A stretch of DNA of 63,975 bases, counting the filler, from Phoronis australis (Eukaryota > Animalia > Phoronida), in assembly GCA_002633005.1 (NCBI GenBank). It is 12 parts of 12 records of this genome, joined end to end, with 100 filler letters (N's around TTAATTAATTAA, not from the genome) between each part and the next. Parts side by side here need not be neighbours in the genome. Positions count along the whole stretch, not along the records: positions 17,470 to 27,897 come from NMRA01000383.1; positions 27,998 to 31,310 come from NMRA01002085.1; positions 31,411 to 34,023 come from NMRA01003555.1; positions 34,124 to 37,908 come from NMRA01002842.1; positions 38,009 to 43,979 come from NMRA01001204.1; 7 more parts are not named here. One strand, written 5' to 3'. Position 1 is the first letter of the stretch. Every line of letters starts with the position of its first letter. The position numbers and the translations under genes are program-made. A model generated the notes under the pieces. That model had not been told where the DNA came from and did no database searches. It saw only the letters and a list, made by a program, of their open reading frames with translations. Below are positions 24,701-38,558 of this stretch, piece after piece.

Positions 24701-27700
24701 CTGGATATTTGTCACAGGTCCAGGTTGTCGCAAGGATTTATCCCTACTGTGTAGACTTTAACATTCAGAAACCACGAGAATCTAGACTTAGTCGTACAAG
24801 TAGCTGAGTTTAGACCGGGCGCCTTTTTCAGACGTTTGTCTGGCAGTTTAGGTCATTCATTCGTAAGCTCAAGACAAAAGCTCCTGCCAGGAGCTTTTGA
24901 GCTTACGAATCCAGTGGATTGGACCACAGTCAGAAGTTGTGTGGGAAAACACCCGTTTCAATAGCCAATACACCAGTTCCGTTTCAAATGCAAGTTTCTA
25001 GCTAAGCAGTGCTAAGGTGTCAAGTCAACAGATATACTCGGGAACCCAATGGTCGTCCGCCTAAGCATAAAACCGACTTGCTGTTGTACTCACCGAATTA
25101 TTCCACTTCAAAGTTATGATCTGAATAGGATTCGATTGAACTCTCACAGATATACCGCATTCATCGATTCGGAAGTTTTCTTTAATTTGTGCCGAGTTGA
25201 TTTCAAATGTGCACTGCCTTCGGCAGCCATTTTATTGTGACACCTAAGGACGTCATATGCTGCCCCCTTTTGTAAAAACTGAGAAACATGCAGAAAAAGG
25301 CCAACGAAGTAATGAAAATTGCAACAGCCTGTTTTTATTGACATAAACTCGATTTGAAGCTTTGATGTTGAGCTCTGCACTGTGGTTTCCAATAAAAGCC
25401 AATTGGACAACATTTCAATGCAGTTTAATGGTGAATGCGTGAGGCAAAAATGTTAAGAACCCAGCGTATCGCATTTGTCTGCGGATTTTTCCTTTGGCCT
25501 TCTAGATCCTACTAGTGCCTGGGACAAACAGATACATTGCATAAACAAACCCTGGATCATGTTTTGTGTCCCGTCGGAAGAAAATTTAAATTCGAAAACA
25601 TCTTCTGAAAACGCACAAAAAAGTGTATTAGTAAAATCTACTGATTTTTAAGTGGTTTTAAAAAACAATCGGTAAACTCACCGATTTTTGTCTCATTACT
25701 TTGATACGTGTCTCTTCCGATAAGTTAGTACCTAACGTGCAGACGAGCACTCCAAATTGGAACGCTAAGTCCCGCGTGGTTGCGCTGCACGCGAAACAAG
25801 ATGGCGGACGACCTTTGGAGCCTGACGACAATAGGTAACCGGACTATATATCTGTAACTAGGATGAGCAAACCAATATGGCGGAAATTCAGCAAGAGCGA
25901 AATTTTGCCATTTTTCATGATTTTCACAAGCTCATATCTATTAGCATACTAAGTAGTGGAAAATGAAAAGTATGCCAGTGAAATATTTAATTTTTCTTCT
26001 TTCTATTGATATCCATTACAAAATATTTGGCCACTTATGAGTATTTTTAAAAATTGAAGTAAAGCGAGCACCTCACACATTTTTCACTCACCGGTAAATT
26101 CTTGTGAATTTCAGTAGGGGTCAAACTTTCAGCTGTTAAATGGCCGTTACTCAACCGATTTTAATGATATTTATATCAAACTGTTTGTTACAAAATTCTG
26201 CTTTCAACCCTGAGTGTACACTTTTTATTTTTTTGACAAAAATATGAGAAAATCTACTTTTTTTAATTTACTGCCTTGCCACTCTCTCACCTGGAAAAAT
26301 CCTAAAAGTGTACACTCAGTGTCATAATCACTTATCATGTCCTAATCCATTCCTGATCAATTTTTTTCACTTTATCTCACCATTTCCATTTAAGAATACT
26401 TCTAAAAAGGTAACTTCAGTCATTTTTCAAGAACCATGTTGACCTTTGCAGGGTTCAAACTAAACTCAAACCTGATTGGTCAAATGTATTCAACAGAACC
26501 AGTCAAAACTTCTCTAAATTACAAAAAGTGGCCCAAACCTGGTAAAATATTTTCATTAAAATAATATAGAATACTTTTAACATTTAATTTACTTCAATTT
26601 TGGGGACAGAGTCATTTTTTTTCTATTTTCTTCAAAAATATTTTCTGTTACACTTTTACTACCTCGTGGGGGCGCTGTGATTGGTTTCATTTTTAACAAA
26701 TTACATATTTCACCAAAATAAATGTTCAGTCACCGCTGCAGTGCATCAAAACATTTTAGTATACAAATATGCTCTTTTTGGATAGTCACCAACACAACAC
26801 CTCTCAGTTTCTATATTATTTGATAGGAATGAAATTGATTTAAAATTCGTTTAAATTTTAGGGTCCAATTTAATTTTGTTTAATTAAAAATGCATATTAT
26901 CATTTTTTGTCATTTGGAGTGCAACTTAAGATTGTGAAAACATTGATCTTACTTGGGAAAAAAGATTAATGTACATAACCTCACAGGTTTTTAAATACAT
27001 GACGAATCTATCCCTGCTGAAAATTCAAGCCAAAACCCAATTAAAATTGTTAACTGAAGCGCAAGTTTCAATTACCCCATTCCCTGCCAACACAATAGAG
27101 AGCCAGCTGGCTGGCCTGCCTCAGTTAAGATGGCATCATAAAATTCTCCAACTGAATAGGACTACTTGTGACCTTCTTTTTGACCTGGATTTTCATATGG
27201 AGCAACCAGAAACCTGTTATATGGTAGTTACATTGGCTGAGAACGAATTTTGTAGAAAGTTACATCCCAATAGGTTGGTTGCACTTACATTGCAATTATT
27301 TTACAATAAATGAAGTAATATGAAAGATAAGCAATATATCTAATCACACAAGTTTTTATTTTTAAAACATGCATACAAATAGATATAATAGGAAAAAGGA
27401 AACAACTTTACCCAGAAAATAAACATGACTGTACAATACTCTAGTTTATAAAAAATAATACTGAGAACCGAGGGACAATGTGAGATCTGTTAAAAAATAC
27501 ACATCTGTAAATGCTGCCCATCAAAATGTATAAATACCTCAACTTACATAATATACACATGTTTAGGTTATGAGCTTCCAAGTTAACAAAATATGATCAA
27601 CAAAATACTTATTGTTGAAGGTAAAAACATACCAGTACCATTGTGATGATAGAAAAAATTATGCGTACCTTTAATCGCATTTGTTTGGGACAAAATATGA

Positions 27701-28079
27701 GTACGAAATTTAAAATCAGCGCATATGTGAACAACGGCAACAACACCAACAACAAGGTAAAAACAGACCATTACAATTGTGATAATAGAAGAAACCGATG
27801 CATATCTTTAATCACATTCGTTTTTAGCCAAAACATGCTTTTAAGGGGCCTTCAACATCAGGATGCAATACAGTAGAATATAATACATAAAACAATANNN
27901 NNNNNNNNNNNNNNNNNNNNNNNNNNNNNNNNNNNNNNNNNTTAATTAATTAANNNNNNNNNNNNNNNNNNNNNNNNNNNNNNNNNNNNNNNNNNNNTTT
28001 TTTTTCATTCTCGAAAGTTGACGGCGACAACTACGCAATAGGTGTTCAAGATAACATTGTCTATTTGTTTTGAATATCG

Positions 28080-28400
28080 TTATTTTCCGGAGTTCACATT
28101 CTTTAGTAACATAACAATCGTGAAAATGTGTTCCAATGTCTCCAGTTTACGGTAACATACGCTACATGTATCAGGATCACTAATTTTTACTTTCTGAAAA
28201 AAATAACATATTTCTAAACTTCTTTGGAATATCCTACTCTGTAACCACTGTAATGAGCTATCCATAGTAGATTTGAAAGCCATATAATAGACGTTTATTA
28301 ATTTTTGCTTATCAGAAAACCTTTATCTGCAAATTTCGGATAGACAGTTGGAGTACATAATCTATCACGTTTTGCAAATGTCTCTGCATCCTTAATTTTA
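28080..28400 (-). mobile_element. Decayed L1/Tx1 non-LTR retrotransposon ORF2 C-terminal (zf-RVT) fragment
   Basis: LQWLQSRIFQR..KVKISDPDTCSVC..LETLEHIF fits the CxxC..ETxxHxF motif. Confidence 0.7.
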
Positions 28401-30071
28401 AATGAAGGATGTAATTGTATCAAACGACATCAAATTAAGATGTCAAGACGTATAGATTTGGATGAATGTCAGACTAAATTCTTCACAGCATGTGTGAGGG
28501 ATCCATATTATAAAATCGTTGTCTTTACAGGGCAGAAATTTTTTCAATCCTTAAATTTTTTAGCCCTGGTTTGACTAGTCGTTTATATAACCGCTATGGG
28601 TCATTTCATTCTATGTTATTATTATACACTGTTATTTTTTGCATCTTGGTTTTTAGAGTTAAGAATATATCTAAGCCTGTCAGGTATGTGAAATGATAAT
28701 TATTTGTGAATTAAATTATTTATCATTTGCTCCAGGTATATTTATACACCATCAACAGCTGATAATGAACTTTCTAATGACATGATTCTTAAGTCATTTG
28801 ATTGAAAAACGGCGAAGTTGAGAAATTTTTTAGTGACGGTAAAGTCCATAGCAATGAAAATGCAGCACGTTGAAAATTTATGAAAGGAAGCCACGTGTCA
28901 TGATGTACCTAGTTACATGAAACAATCACAAATAGGGTCTCAACAAAGTTCCTTAAATCTTCTGCATGTTTGTGTCTTTGTCTACTTTCAGACTTTAGGT
29001 TTGCTACAATCATTTTATGGTTGTTATGAGCTTATATTTCAGCCATATTTTTCCTACTGCATCTTTATTTCAGTGAAAACGAATAGAATCCTTTATGCAA
29101 TGGCCCTAACTTAAAGATTTATCCCCTATTTGTTTTCAACGATATTGAGAATTTAACGTAGAGTTTACTTCAGTGTGTATCAACGCTAAAGTACATATTC
29201 TGTGTGGATTCATGTGGGAGTGAATAAATGTGTAACTGACACTATAACTGTTACGCCATCATTTATTGCTGATTCGTAATCTGGTGTCCAGGAAAGCGTT
29301 TGCCAGCAATTGTCCCCCGGCCTGAGGCTTGTGTCGTGTCCCCTGACCTGAGGCTTGCGTCGTGCATAGTCAAGAATTCTTCAATGGCACAGTGGACAAA
29401 GTTAAGCGAAAATTGAACGTCATGGCAGTGATACAATAGGTCGTGCAACAACTATTTAGAGTCGCAATTTGTTTGAAATGGGGTGGTAAAGAGTGGCGTA
29501 TGCTTAATACAATACGAGTCAACGCTCGATAATGAAACTTGCAAGAAATGTTGTTAACTCAGCTTGTCATCCATTTACTAGAACTATAGTTTAAATGGCC
29601 ATAAAAAAACGCGCCTTCTGTCAAAAAACCAAGTTTTGATTAAGGCCATTTACGGTTACAATAGTGGTTTCAAATTTGTACTCACTCGTATGAATATTAC
29701 ATGTAATTTGCGGGCTATGATAGAACTGGCAGCTCGTTATTTCTTGAGACGAAGTTCATTGAATTTGAGGCAACGAACTGTCAATTCTTCCTGAGCCCAG
29801 AGATCAGTTCTACACGCAGTAATATAAGACCGATTTTCGAACGGTAAGTGTGTTAACACGATTTTGTACAGAAAGCAAGGGGATAGTAATGCCCAATATG
29901 TTTCATCCTCCGCAATCCATTTTAACAAATTAATACAATGCACAGAAATGAAAGTACCCACATTTAGTTTCAAGTCATCGTTGCCACCTGTTGCGCTTAT
30001 TGTGGCAACAAAAATCATATCAGTGTCGAACAAACGGGCCTTTTGTACGTTCGCCTTTCACCACCTCAACC

Positions 30072-30343
30072 TCAGCGAACACAGCTATGATCTCCGTGAG
30101 GGAACAACAGCTTCGTATTCACGTAATTACGCGACGACTCGTTTGCTTCCAGCTGCGTGTATACTGCTGCAGCACCGTCCGGGACTTCCGTAAGTCCCTC
30201 ATAAATAGGCACTCGAACATTCACATATATTCCTTTGGGCACCTCTGAAGCTACGTTTTCTGCCAACTCGTTACTTGGACCGTCCATGTCAGCGTAGCCA
30301 TCATCTTCATCGCATCTGGGATCCACTTCTGACAGGGCTGGGC
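30072..30343 (-). CDS. Terminal exon, tyrosine-motif-rich cytoplasmic tail of a probable receptor
   Basis: Phase-1 tgtAG acceptor. Acidic peptide with YADM, YVNV, YEGL, YTQL and YVNT motifs, ending in a stop. Confidence 0.55.
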
Positions 30344-31410
30344 CTACACAAAGATAATAAAACAATGAAAACAGTATCATTAGGACCTACGCTAGCACCT
30401 AGCTAAAATCTAGCCAGAATCCCGTGTTCTTAAAAATACACGGAAAAAACTCACGCAATCTCGCGATGTCTTGCTTTTTAGAGAGGTCCTAGTGTTAATG
30501 AACAGGAGGCTGGAGTGATATTACCTTACTCTCTAAAGTGTTCGTAGGCAAGCTGGACTAAACCTTTTTCCTTATGATTGCATTCGTTTCAACATTGTAT
30601 TGGGTGTGCGAGGTGACCTGTGATTGGTTTGAAGAGGTCAACTTTTGACAGGGAGATAAATCTCCATGAGTTTGTAAGACGTGTATTAACCGGCCAATCT
30701 TCTGGACGTTTTTGGGAGCAATTGGGATAGGCCTGTATCTAATAAAGAAAATTTTAGACCTGGGTAAGCGATATATTTTTTTCAATTAGCGTAACAAATG
30801 GAAATGCTTTGAGGCGCAAAAAAGTTAAACTTCCGACGAAATCCAGATCAGAACACAACCTTGGTCGCCTTGAAAGCACACTGTACTCTAGAGTTAGAAC
30901 TGAGTGTGGACAGAACAAAACTCAGTGATGCACAAACGTGCGTTTGAACATTTTAAAGTTTCTTTAGGATATTAAGCATGACTATTACTGGTATTACGTG
31001 TGTGTGTGTCTTTATAACTGTACATGTGCACATAGACTGTGGCCCTGCCATCCTTGGCATCGTTTTTTTACTAATTTATCATTATTATTCTAAACATCTA
31101 TTCTGGAAAATCTGGAAGTACTGTGCATGGATAAAGTGAATTTGAACGAGTGTAAAATGTGTTTGAATGCCCTCGTTGCATGGAAACGATTCGCTCACTT
31201 AATTGCGTTTGATTTTGCCACTCTAGTACAACAGCTGTAATAATACCTGTAATACCTGTCACGGACAGGATCATTGGGGATATGCTGATGCACTATTCCC
31301 CTCCCCAGACNNNNNNNNNNNNNNNNNNNNNNNNNNNNNNNNNNNNNNNNNNNNTTAATTAATTAANNNNNNNNNNNNNNNNNNNNNNNNNNNNNNNNNN
31401 NNNNNNNNNN

Positions 31411-31474
31411 ACACCGCCACCGTGCCCAACACTGCCACCATGCCCAACACCACCACCACCACAACCAACACTGC
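31411..31474. repeat. 18-bp / CAC-rich tandem repeat at contig edge
   Basis: ACAC(C/T)GCCACC(G/A)TGCCCA units followed by (CAC)n. Confidence 0.75.
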
Positions 31475-32377
31475 AATTTATTTCCAAACATTTTCACTGT
31501 TATACACCCTCTTTTGGGTTAGCGTCCAGCTCCAATTTATAGCAAAATTAAAGGTGAATGCCTGCACCTATGCTGGGCTTAATGCTGTTTGTGCCATTGA
31601 CATTGGAAGAAGAGCTCATCTGTTTTTGATATTTCAAAAGGTACATTCAAAAGGTTTATATTTTGTCAGGTACATGTTCCATGTTTATTATTGTTGGCCT
31701 GGTGAATATTTACCATCCACAGAATAATAGCATATGATGTGAATGGTCTAGCAAAGGGCCCACATCTTGGTTTGATAAATCACTTCAACTGGGCAAACAT
31801 AATGTCCTGACTCATTATCGAACCCAGTCTATGTCTGTCATTCCTGTTTGCTCAATAAAAGTGATTAACCAATATGCAGGCCTGTTTGCTGGCCATTTAG
31901 CTCACTTTCTATTGGTCTGTAGAGAGAAAATACATATTGCAGAATTTTGGGCTTGTGTGTTATGTCCTCTTTAGCACCCATCTAAATCCACTACTGCCAA
32001 CTTTATAATCATGGATATTTTAATTGATAAACTGTATGTATGTTGCTAAAAATAGTGGCACTGATTTGCGTTCCCAACTTAGGGGGAACAGGTGTTATGT
32101 CTATTGGGATGGTCAGTGTAATATGAAAGCTATGTTATCTATTTCTTAATATTGTTTTATATGAAAATTGTTTTAGGAGATTACTTAAAACACTTAGCTA
32201 GTCTCGGAAGATTTTGTTTTTGCTGTACTGACTCAAACGTGAAGAATAGTTTGTGTGGTATTCGGCTTTTCAAGTTGAAATGATTTTGAAAATATCCCAA
32301 CTGACATGAGGATAATCCTACATCCACCTCTGTGCTGGTTAATGAGACGGACAGTGTCTTATGGGAAAATAAGAGTA

Positions 32378-32522
32378 CCGTAAACACCCCGGTTAATGCC
32401 TTGGGCGCTTAAATTGGGAAAACCTTTGGCAGGGGGGTGGGNGTGGGCGCTTAAAACCGAAAATTGACCAAGTCGGGGATGGGCGATTACACGGGCATGG
32501 GCGTTGACCCGCCAGTTTACGG
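32378..32522. mobile_element. Tc1/mariner-pogo type MITE (145 bp)
   Basis: TA|CCGTAAAC ... GTTTACGG|TA with internal GGGCGCTT repeats. Confidence 0.7.
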
Positions 32523-33469
32523 TAATTCACAAACAAAATCCAAGTTTGGGTTGGCAAGCTGCTGTAGGTTAAGCATTTGGTTTCTACACTGTCAGATCAG
32601 TGATAGGAAATGGTTTACAAGTAAACACCAAATTTATTGTCCTTTCCCACGAAGTTAAACCGAGTCTAACAAGTGTCTATGTAAACTTGAGCTTTCGGTT
32701 TAGCTTCGGTAGTTAACACTCAATGCAAGACTGATCAAGGGCCAAATTTCAGTCCCACTGACCAGCTCTTTCTTAAACAGGGAAGCAAAGTGTTGACATT
32801 AGTGAGAAAAACCTTTAACACATGTTGGTGATATGAAGGGAGTTTCCATAGAGGCTGTTGTAAAGGCTATATTGTCCCTTCATCTGATAGCTCTATTCTC
32901 CCTCTGGATCGTGATCTCACCAAAATCATTGTCGAATGACTGTATGCTTTGCTAGTAGGTCACCTGTTCACTTCCTCATTGCATGTATGAGACTTAGTCA
33001 ATGTTACACCTGGGGTTGGGCACCCATTCTAGGTGTCAACTCCTATTAACTACAGTTTCTAAAACTGTTAAACCTAGGAATTGGTAAGATACTGATTTCT
33101 AGTGTAAACTGATCATTTACTCATTATCATCACAGACATGTACCTGAAAACAGTTCTTGGGACACTCAAATTTTAGTATTCTTGAACTAGCACTATTGCT
33201 TGTGCTGCCTGATTTTTACTTCAACTGATGTTCTTTAGCACAGGCACTAAAGGTAACGCATTAACTATTCACATTTCCTACAAGTTCAGTATTATTTCTA
33301 CTTAAAAGTATTTCTGTTTTTAGACTAAGTTTATTGTCTAGAGAAATCTGGCTTCGAACAGATCTTATCTAAGAAGATTTTGTGTTTTGTCTTTTACAGA
33401 TTTCTCTGCCATTGTCAACCTTTCTTTCTTTTTAAGTGTCTTACCAAATATGACTGTAGTTCGAACTTT

Positions 33470-33900
33470 AAAATCAGCGCGTATGTAAACAACGACATAG
33501 TGATCGACGTTTCGGTTTATTGTCTATAGTTACCATTCTCAAGACAAAAGTTTACAATAGTCTAATCAGGTGACACAAGTGGAGAAACAAACTGGCCAAA
33601 ACAAATATGACTGTATTTGCAACATTTAATACAACTTTTTCAGTTGTTGGATGAGCTGTGCTCCTATCTCTCAGTATCTCTACCTTTTCCAGTTCTGACT
33701 GGCTACTCCTTATGTTACCTAGGGCAGCACTCTGATTTCTTCTAGTGGTTAACCATGACTGCCCTGTAAAGAAATGGGACAAAACTGATAGTGAGACAGC
33801 TGATAGTGCGTCATCATGACCCTTGGTTTCTAGGGAATCACTTCTTTTCTGCTATCTGATAAAAGGTAATGTGAACTGGCATCTAACATTTCTTATCTTT
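33470..33900 (-). mobile_element. Possible decayed Penelope-like element end
   Basis: Minus strand CTTGAGAATGG..CCGAAACGTCG at 33505-33545 resembles the Penelope terminal hammerhead-like motif. No ORF supports it. Confidence 0.3.
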
Positions 33901-34123
33901 TTACTGAAATAAATGCTCCTGTGTCCCAGAGTTTAATTTGCATGACTTTTTTTCTTTAACACAAACTATTACAAATGCCTTTTTGAACACGCTAAAGCTG
34001 GCCAAGCCAATTTATCCTGCTTGNNNNNNNNNNNNNNNNNNNNNNNNNNNNNNNNNNNNNNNNNNNNTTAATTAATTAANNNNNNNNNNNNNNNNNNNNN
34101 NNNNNNNNNNNNNNNNNNNNNNN

Positions 34124-34847
34124 CAGGGCTTGCCTCTTTCACAGGTGATGCAGGTTTGGCAGCCCGTTTACCTCGAGTTGGTTTAGGCGTAGCTGGCTTA
34201 ACTGGGCTTGCCTCTTTCACAGGTGATACAGTTTTAGCAGCACGTTTACCTCGAGTTGGTTTAGGCGTAGCTGGCTTAACGGGGCTTGCCTCTTTCACAG
34301 GTGATGCAGGCTTGGCAGCCCGCCTACGAGACGGTACAGGTTCAGGTTTCACAGATGCATTATTGTTAGCATTAGGTGTTGTACGAGCCTTCTTGGATGA
34401 CGGGGCACTCGCAGGCAAAGCAGCAGCAGGTCTTTTCACAGAGCTTTTTGGGGTCGAAAGTAACTCGGCAACGCCAGTCAGGTCTACTTCCTTTTCAGGC
34501 TTTGGTGACCTCATCAACTCACGAACACCAGTCAGCTGGGCACTGCGTCGCTTGTTTTTAGGACTTTTGACCAACTCCTTCACACCTACAAGACTGACAC
34601 TCTTCCTTGACTGCTTGGGAGTTTTCAGCAGCTCTCGCACGCCGACTAAGCTGGTGCTCTTACGGGCGGAGCTCTTACGGCGTGGTGTGACTGTCAGTGG
34701 TGACACAAACATTTCTCCAGGACCTTTTGGAGTGTCGGGCAGGTCAGAGTATGGCGAGGCTGCCGGCGTCTTTTGTTTCTTAGGACTGGGTGTACGGAAT
34801 AGTTCAGAGACACCACTGAAGCTGACATCCCCCATGACCTTAGCCAC
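34124..34847 (-). CDS. MKI67: Ki-67-like protein exon (repeat region, truncated by spacer)
   Basis: cccAG acceptor. Five GVxELxx(T/S)P motifs resemble the Ki-67 repeat GFKELFQTP. Contains GEMFVSPL and 78-bp tandem repeats. In phase with the upstream exons. Confidence 0.75.
34126..34322 (-). repeat. 78-bp (26-aa) coding tandem repeat
   Basis: PASPVKEASPVKPATPKPTRGKRAAK; units at 34126, 34204 and 34282. Confidence 0.9.
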
Positions 34848-35924
34848 CTGGGAGCAAAAGACTTTTATTAGCAAAACAAGTGGTTAGAATGGAGTGAAAA
34901 AAAGAAAACCTACTAAGAGAAGCATATCAAGATCAAAATGCGGTGTTCACAGACAATTGGGATTTGACACGTTTTGTAATTAAATGAGCTTCTGGGGCTG
35001 CTCTGTGCAATTAACATTCAATGTTAATGTTTTTCCCCAGGCATGAATGTGACCTATGTATACACTAAATAAGAGGACTCAGGCCAAAAAGTATCTAGTT
35101 CCACTCTGTACCCCAACTCAGTTTGAAACCTGCAGCTCACTACTTCAAGACAAAAAATTCCTAAGTTACATCAATTTCAGCCAAGGTTTCAAAAAGTTTG
35201 AATCCCCCACAAACCCAGGCAAGCTCTAAGCAAGGAGTGTACATTGGTGTACATAGTATAGGTGAGTTCACTATGCCATCTTGCCATTCACCGCAATGGG
35301 CATCAGTCGAAACCTACTGCAACCAAGCGGCGAATAAGCAACACTAATTTTGCGGTGCAGGCCGAACCATGTAAACACTGATAAATTCAAACTTTAATGA
35401 CGTTCGACGTGCAATAAAATTACTGTGCAAAGGTGGGCAACTAAAATTAAAAACAAAGACCAGAACCAACAGTTTTTTATCCTAAATCATGGCTTTTATG
35501 TTTGACATTGTGCAATGTATCTTGTATATCATACTGATGGAAAAACGAGCATTTCTTTAAAAGTGAGATATGTGCACACCACAAGATCACAAGGTAGTGT
35601 GACTATTATGCTGGGACACAAATATGTGTGGTCCAATAGTATACCTTGAGTAGCGTTTTTCTTGTCCTCACCAGAAAAATAATTAAATTGAAGTATAGGA
35701 AACATCTAACATTTCTACAATGCCTGGAGTAGTTTTCACAACTGCACTGTCTGGCATAGAACACAAGGGCAATACTTCTTTCATGTCAAATTGTTATCAA
35801 CTTAGCCTGAAGTCACTTATTTCAAGGCTTTCGAAAGCACAGTCGAATTTCTTATAGCGTATCTTGCAATTTAGGCTCGAGATAGCCAAGACTACCTGCA
35901 CTGCTTACTCAAACCAACACTCAC

Positions 35925-36071
35925 CTTTTTCCCAACACTTTTCCGGCCTTTACGAGGCAGAGGTTTCGGAGTCTTTGCCAGTTTCTTGTGGATGACAATG
36001 GTGGCAGGAGAAGCAGCGTGGCCTGTGCTGACCACTCCGGCCCGAGCAGCAGCAGGAGTGCCAGGACGAGC
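35925..36071 (-). CDS. MKI67: Ki-67-like exon with the conserved domain (frame not in ORF track)
   Basis: ttacAG acceptor, GTGAGT donor, 147 bp, phase 0. STGHAASPATIVI matches the Ki-67 TGHANSPCTIII motif. Confidence 0.85.
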
Positions 36072-37242
36072 CTGTAATTACAAAGTGACGAGAGTGAGCT
36101 CAGCAAATTCAGGTCATAGACAAGACAAACACATGATCTCTTACGCACTATCTTTCTCCCTCTACATATATATCTGTATTTATATTTATCAACAAAATAA
36201 AATTTGAATCGCCCACTGTCAAAAAAAAAACAGCCTTTGATTTAGACCACCCACTGTTCAATATAAGTGTCACCCTTTCCCTCACTCAAATTAGACACAG
36301 TTTTTAGGCTTGAGAAGAACTGAAAGGTAGTTATTTCCTCCACATCAAACCCCTAAGTTGCTTATCAAAAGGGTATAGCGTCAGTCTCCAGGACAGTATA
36401 AACGTCTTAGGAATCCCAGGTGACTGATTATGGTCAATTCAAACAAAAACAGGAACACGAAGATGTTGCTTTGGATGAGAATATACAATTGGGAAGAAAT
36501 TTGTTTTAACACCAGAGCACCGTTTATAACGGGACTAATTTGAAAACAAGGCTCAAACCAACTTTGTTTGGGAGCAGTTTGCATGTCTTAACAGAAATAT
36601 GGAATTCATGTTGTTTTTCTCAATTCTAGGCCTTGAAAAGATTTATTTCTCTTGTAGTAGCAAAACAGACAAAATGATACCTCCCTTACAACATACTGTC
36701 AGAGCAAGGTTCCAAAAGAGCGTCTACATTTCCCGCTGAAAACACAGGAGCTTTTTGAACCGAACATCAATTTCAGAAATGGTAACCACCCCAGGATCCA
36801 AGCAATAACACCCCTAAAACTTGTGATGTAGCCAACAGGTGGCATGCAGACCTGCACTACAAAGCAGCCTTTGGTGTGGTTACTGTGAACTTTTGTTGAA
36901 GTGACATTAACCCGTGCTTTCTGTTAACAAGTTTTGATTTAGTGCACTTGTCGCTATGAAATTCATCTCAAATTGTTCCTCAATCAAATATGAGAACATT
37001 CCAGGACTTCAAAAGAACTGACAGCTTACTATTGCTGAAGAACCCAAGCTCGTAAAATTACATGTCATGCAGTGACCTGAAATTTTATGAGCTTGGTCAG
37101 GTACTGTCAATTCTACCCGAGATCTCTTCTAAATCGACTAAGGGACAAGACAAATTTTACAATTCTAAATGGATTATATCGAAACTAGATTTTTGACAGA
37201 AAGCATGGGTTTAATGACGTTTTAAAAAGTTACAAAATTTAC

Positions 37243-37908
37243 CTTTGAAACAACTTTGTCGGTGACTTTCTTCTTTTGCAACACAGCTTTTGGCTGCTTA
37301 GCAGACTGCACAGGCTGCGTCTGTGTGATGCCCTTTTTCACAACGTCGGCCCATGTCTTGGGTCTGGGGCTTCGGCCAGGAGTTTTAGGGGTTCTCCGTG
37401 GCGAGCGACCAGCCGAGGCTAACTTGGGCGTGGCCGTCTTGCCGTAAATGGCGCGAAGAGCCACAGCTGTCTTGAAGTCAGCTGGAGGAGACGGCACCTT
37501 CTCAACACGAGCGCGCTTGGCACTGCTGACGACCGGCGTTGAGGCAGCACGTTTAGTAGCCGCTCTTTTGGGCGATGGAGATGCTTCAGCTTTTGCCGTT
37601 TTGGGTGTGGTGGCCTTAGGAGCAGGTGCCTTAGGTGTAGCAACTTTGGGCGACTTCGGGGTAACAGCTTTAGGAGTAGTGGTTTTAGGCGTGACAGCTT
37701 TAGATTTTGGAGTAGCGGCCTTTGGAGTAGGGGCCTTGGGTGTAGAAAGTTTGGGAGACTTGGCAATGCCAACGACGGGTGTGGTAGCAGCACGTTTGGA
37801 GGCCGACTTTTTAGGAGACGGAGACACTGCAGTTCTAGCAGATTTGGGGGTGACGACCTTTGCTGCAGGAGACACTGCCTTTGGTGTATTGAACATTTCC
37901 GGCAGACC
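37243..37908 (-). CDS. MKI67: Ki-67-like exon (TPK/SPK-rich, truncated by spacer)
   Basis: KTWADVVKKG matches Ki-67 SWADVVKLG. Dense CDK-type S/T-P-K sites. AAG|GTAAAT donor, phase 0. Confidence 0.8.
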
Positions 37909-38295
37909 NNNNNNNNNNNNNNNNNNNNNNNNNNNNNNNNNNNNNNNNNNNNTTAATTAATTAANNNNNNNNNNNNNNNNNNNNNNNNNNNNNNNNNNNN
38001 NNNNNNNNGGTGGCTGATACAAAATCCGGCTTTCGGGATTAAAACCTTGTATTTCTGGTTAAAGCCAAATGCTGCGATATCCTAAGAAACGTTGTTCTGG
38101 TACATTGGGTATGGCGAGTTAGCGGGCGATATGCACTATTGGATGGGCAGAGGGGAGTTAACTGATTGCTTTTAAGGCTTGATTTGTTACATGTACCTCA
38201 AACTAGTTTTGATTGCAGACTGGTATTCAGTAAGTTAGCACTGCATATGGTATTTCAGAAGAACTATAGGGCGTAGCGAATCAAATGTTTCAACA

Positions 38296-38558
38296 AATAC
38301 GCGCACCCAGCCTAAAGATGGGGGGTCTCAATTTTCGAGAATATGAATATTTTACTAAAAAACGTGTTCCATTCAGAGCTATGAATTGTGCATTTGCCGA
38401 ATTTTGGTAGTGCCTGACTGTTTAGTGGACTTCTGTCTCGTGTTCTACTTTTCGGACTTTTTGTTTCTCTGAGGAGGACCTTTTTGCCCACTTCGCCGAA
38501 TAGGGGGGTCGAACGAGCCTCCCGAGCCCCCCCCATCCCCCTCATGGGTGCGCGCATG
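38296..38558. mobile_element. hAT5-like MITE with 5-bp TSD
   Basis: AATACGCGCACCCA / TGGGTGCGCGCATG ends. CAACA duplicated at 38291-38295 and 38559-38563. Confidence 0.6.

Noticed and set aside
34156-37960. Plus-strand 243-aa and 170-aa ORFs
   Set aside because: Antisense shadows of the low-complexity Ki-67-like exons.
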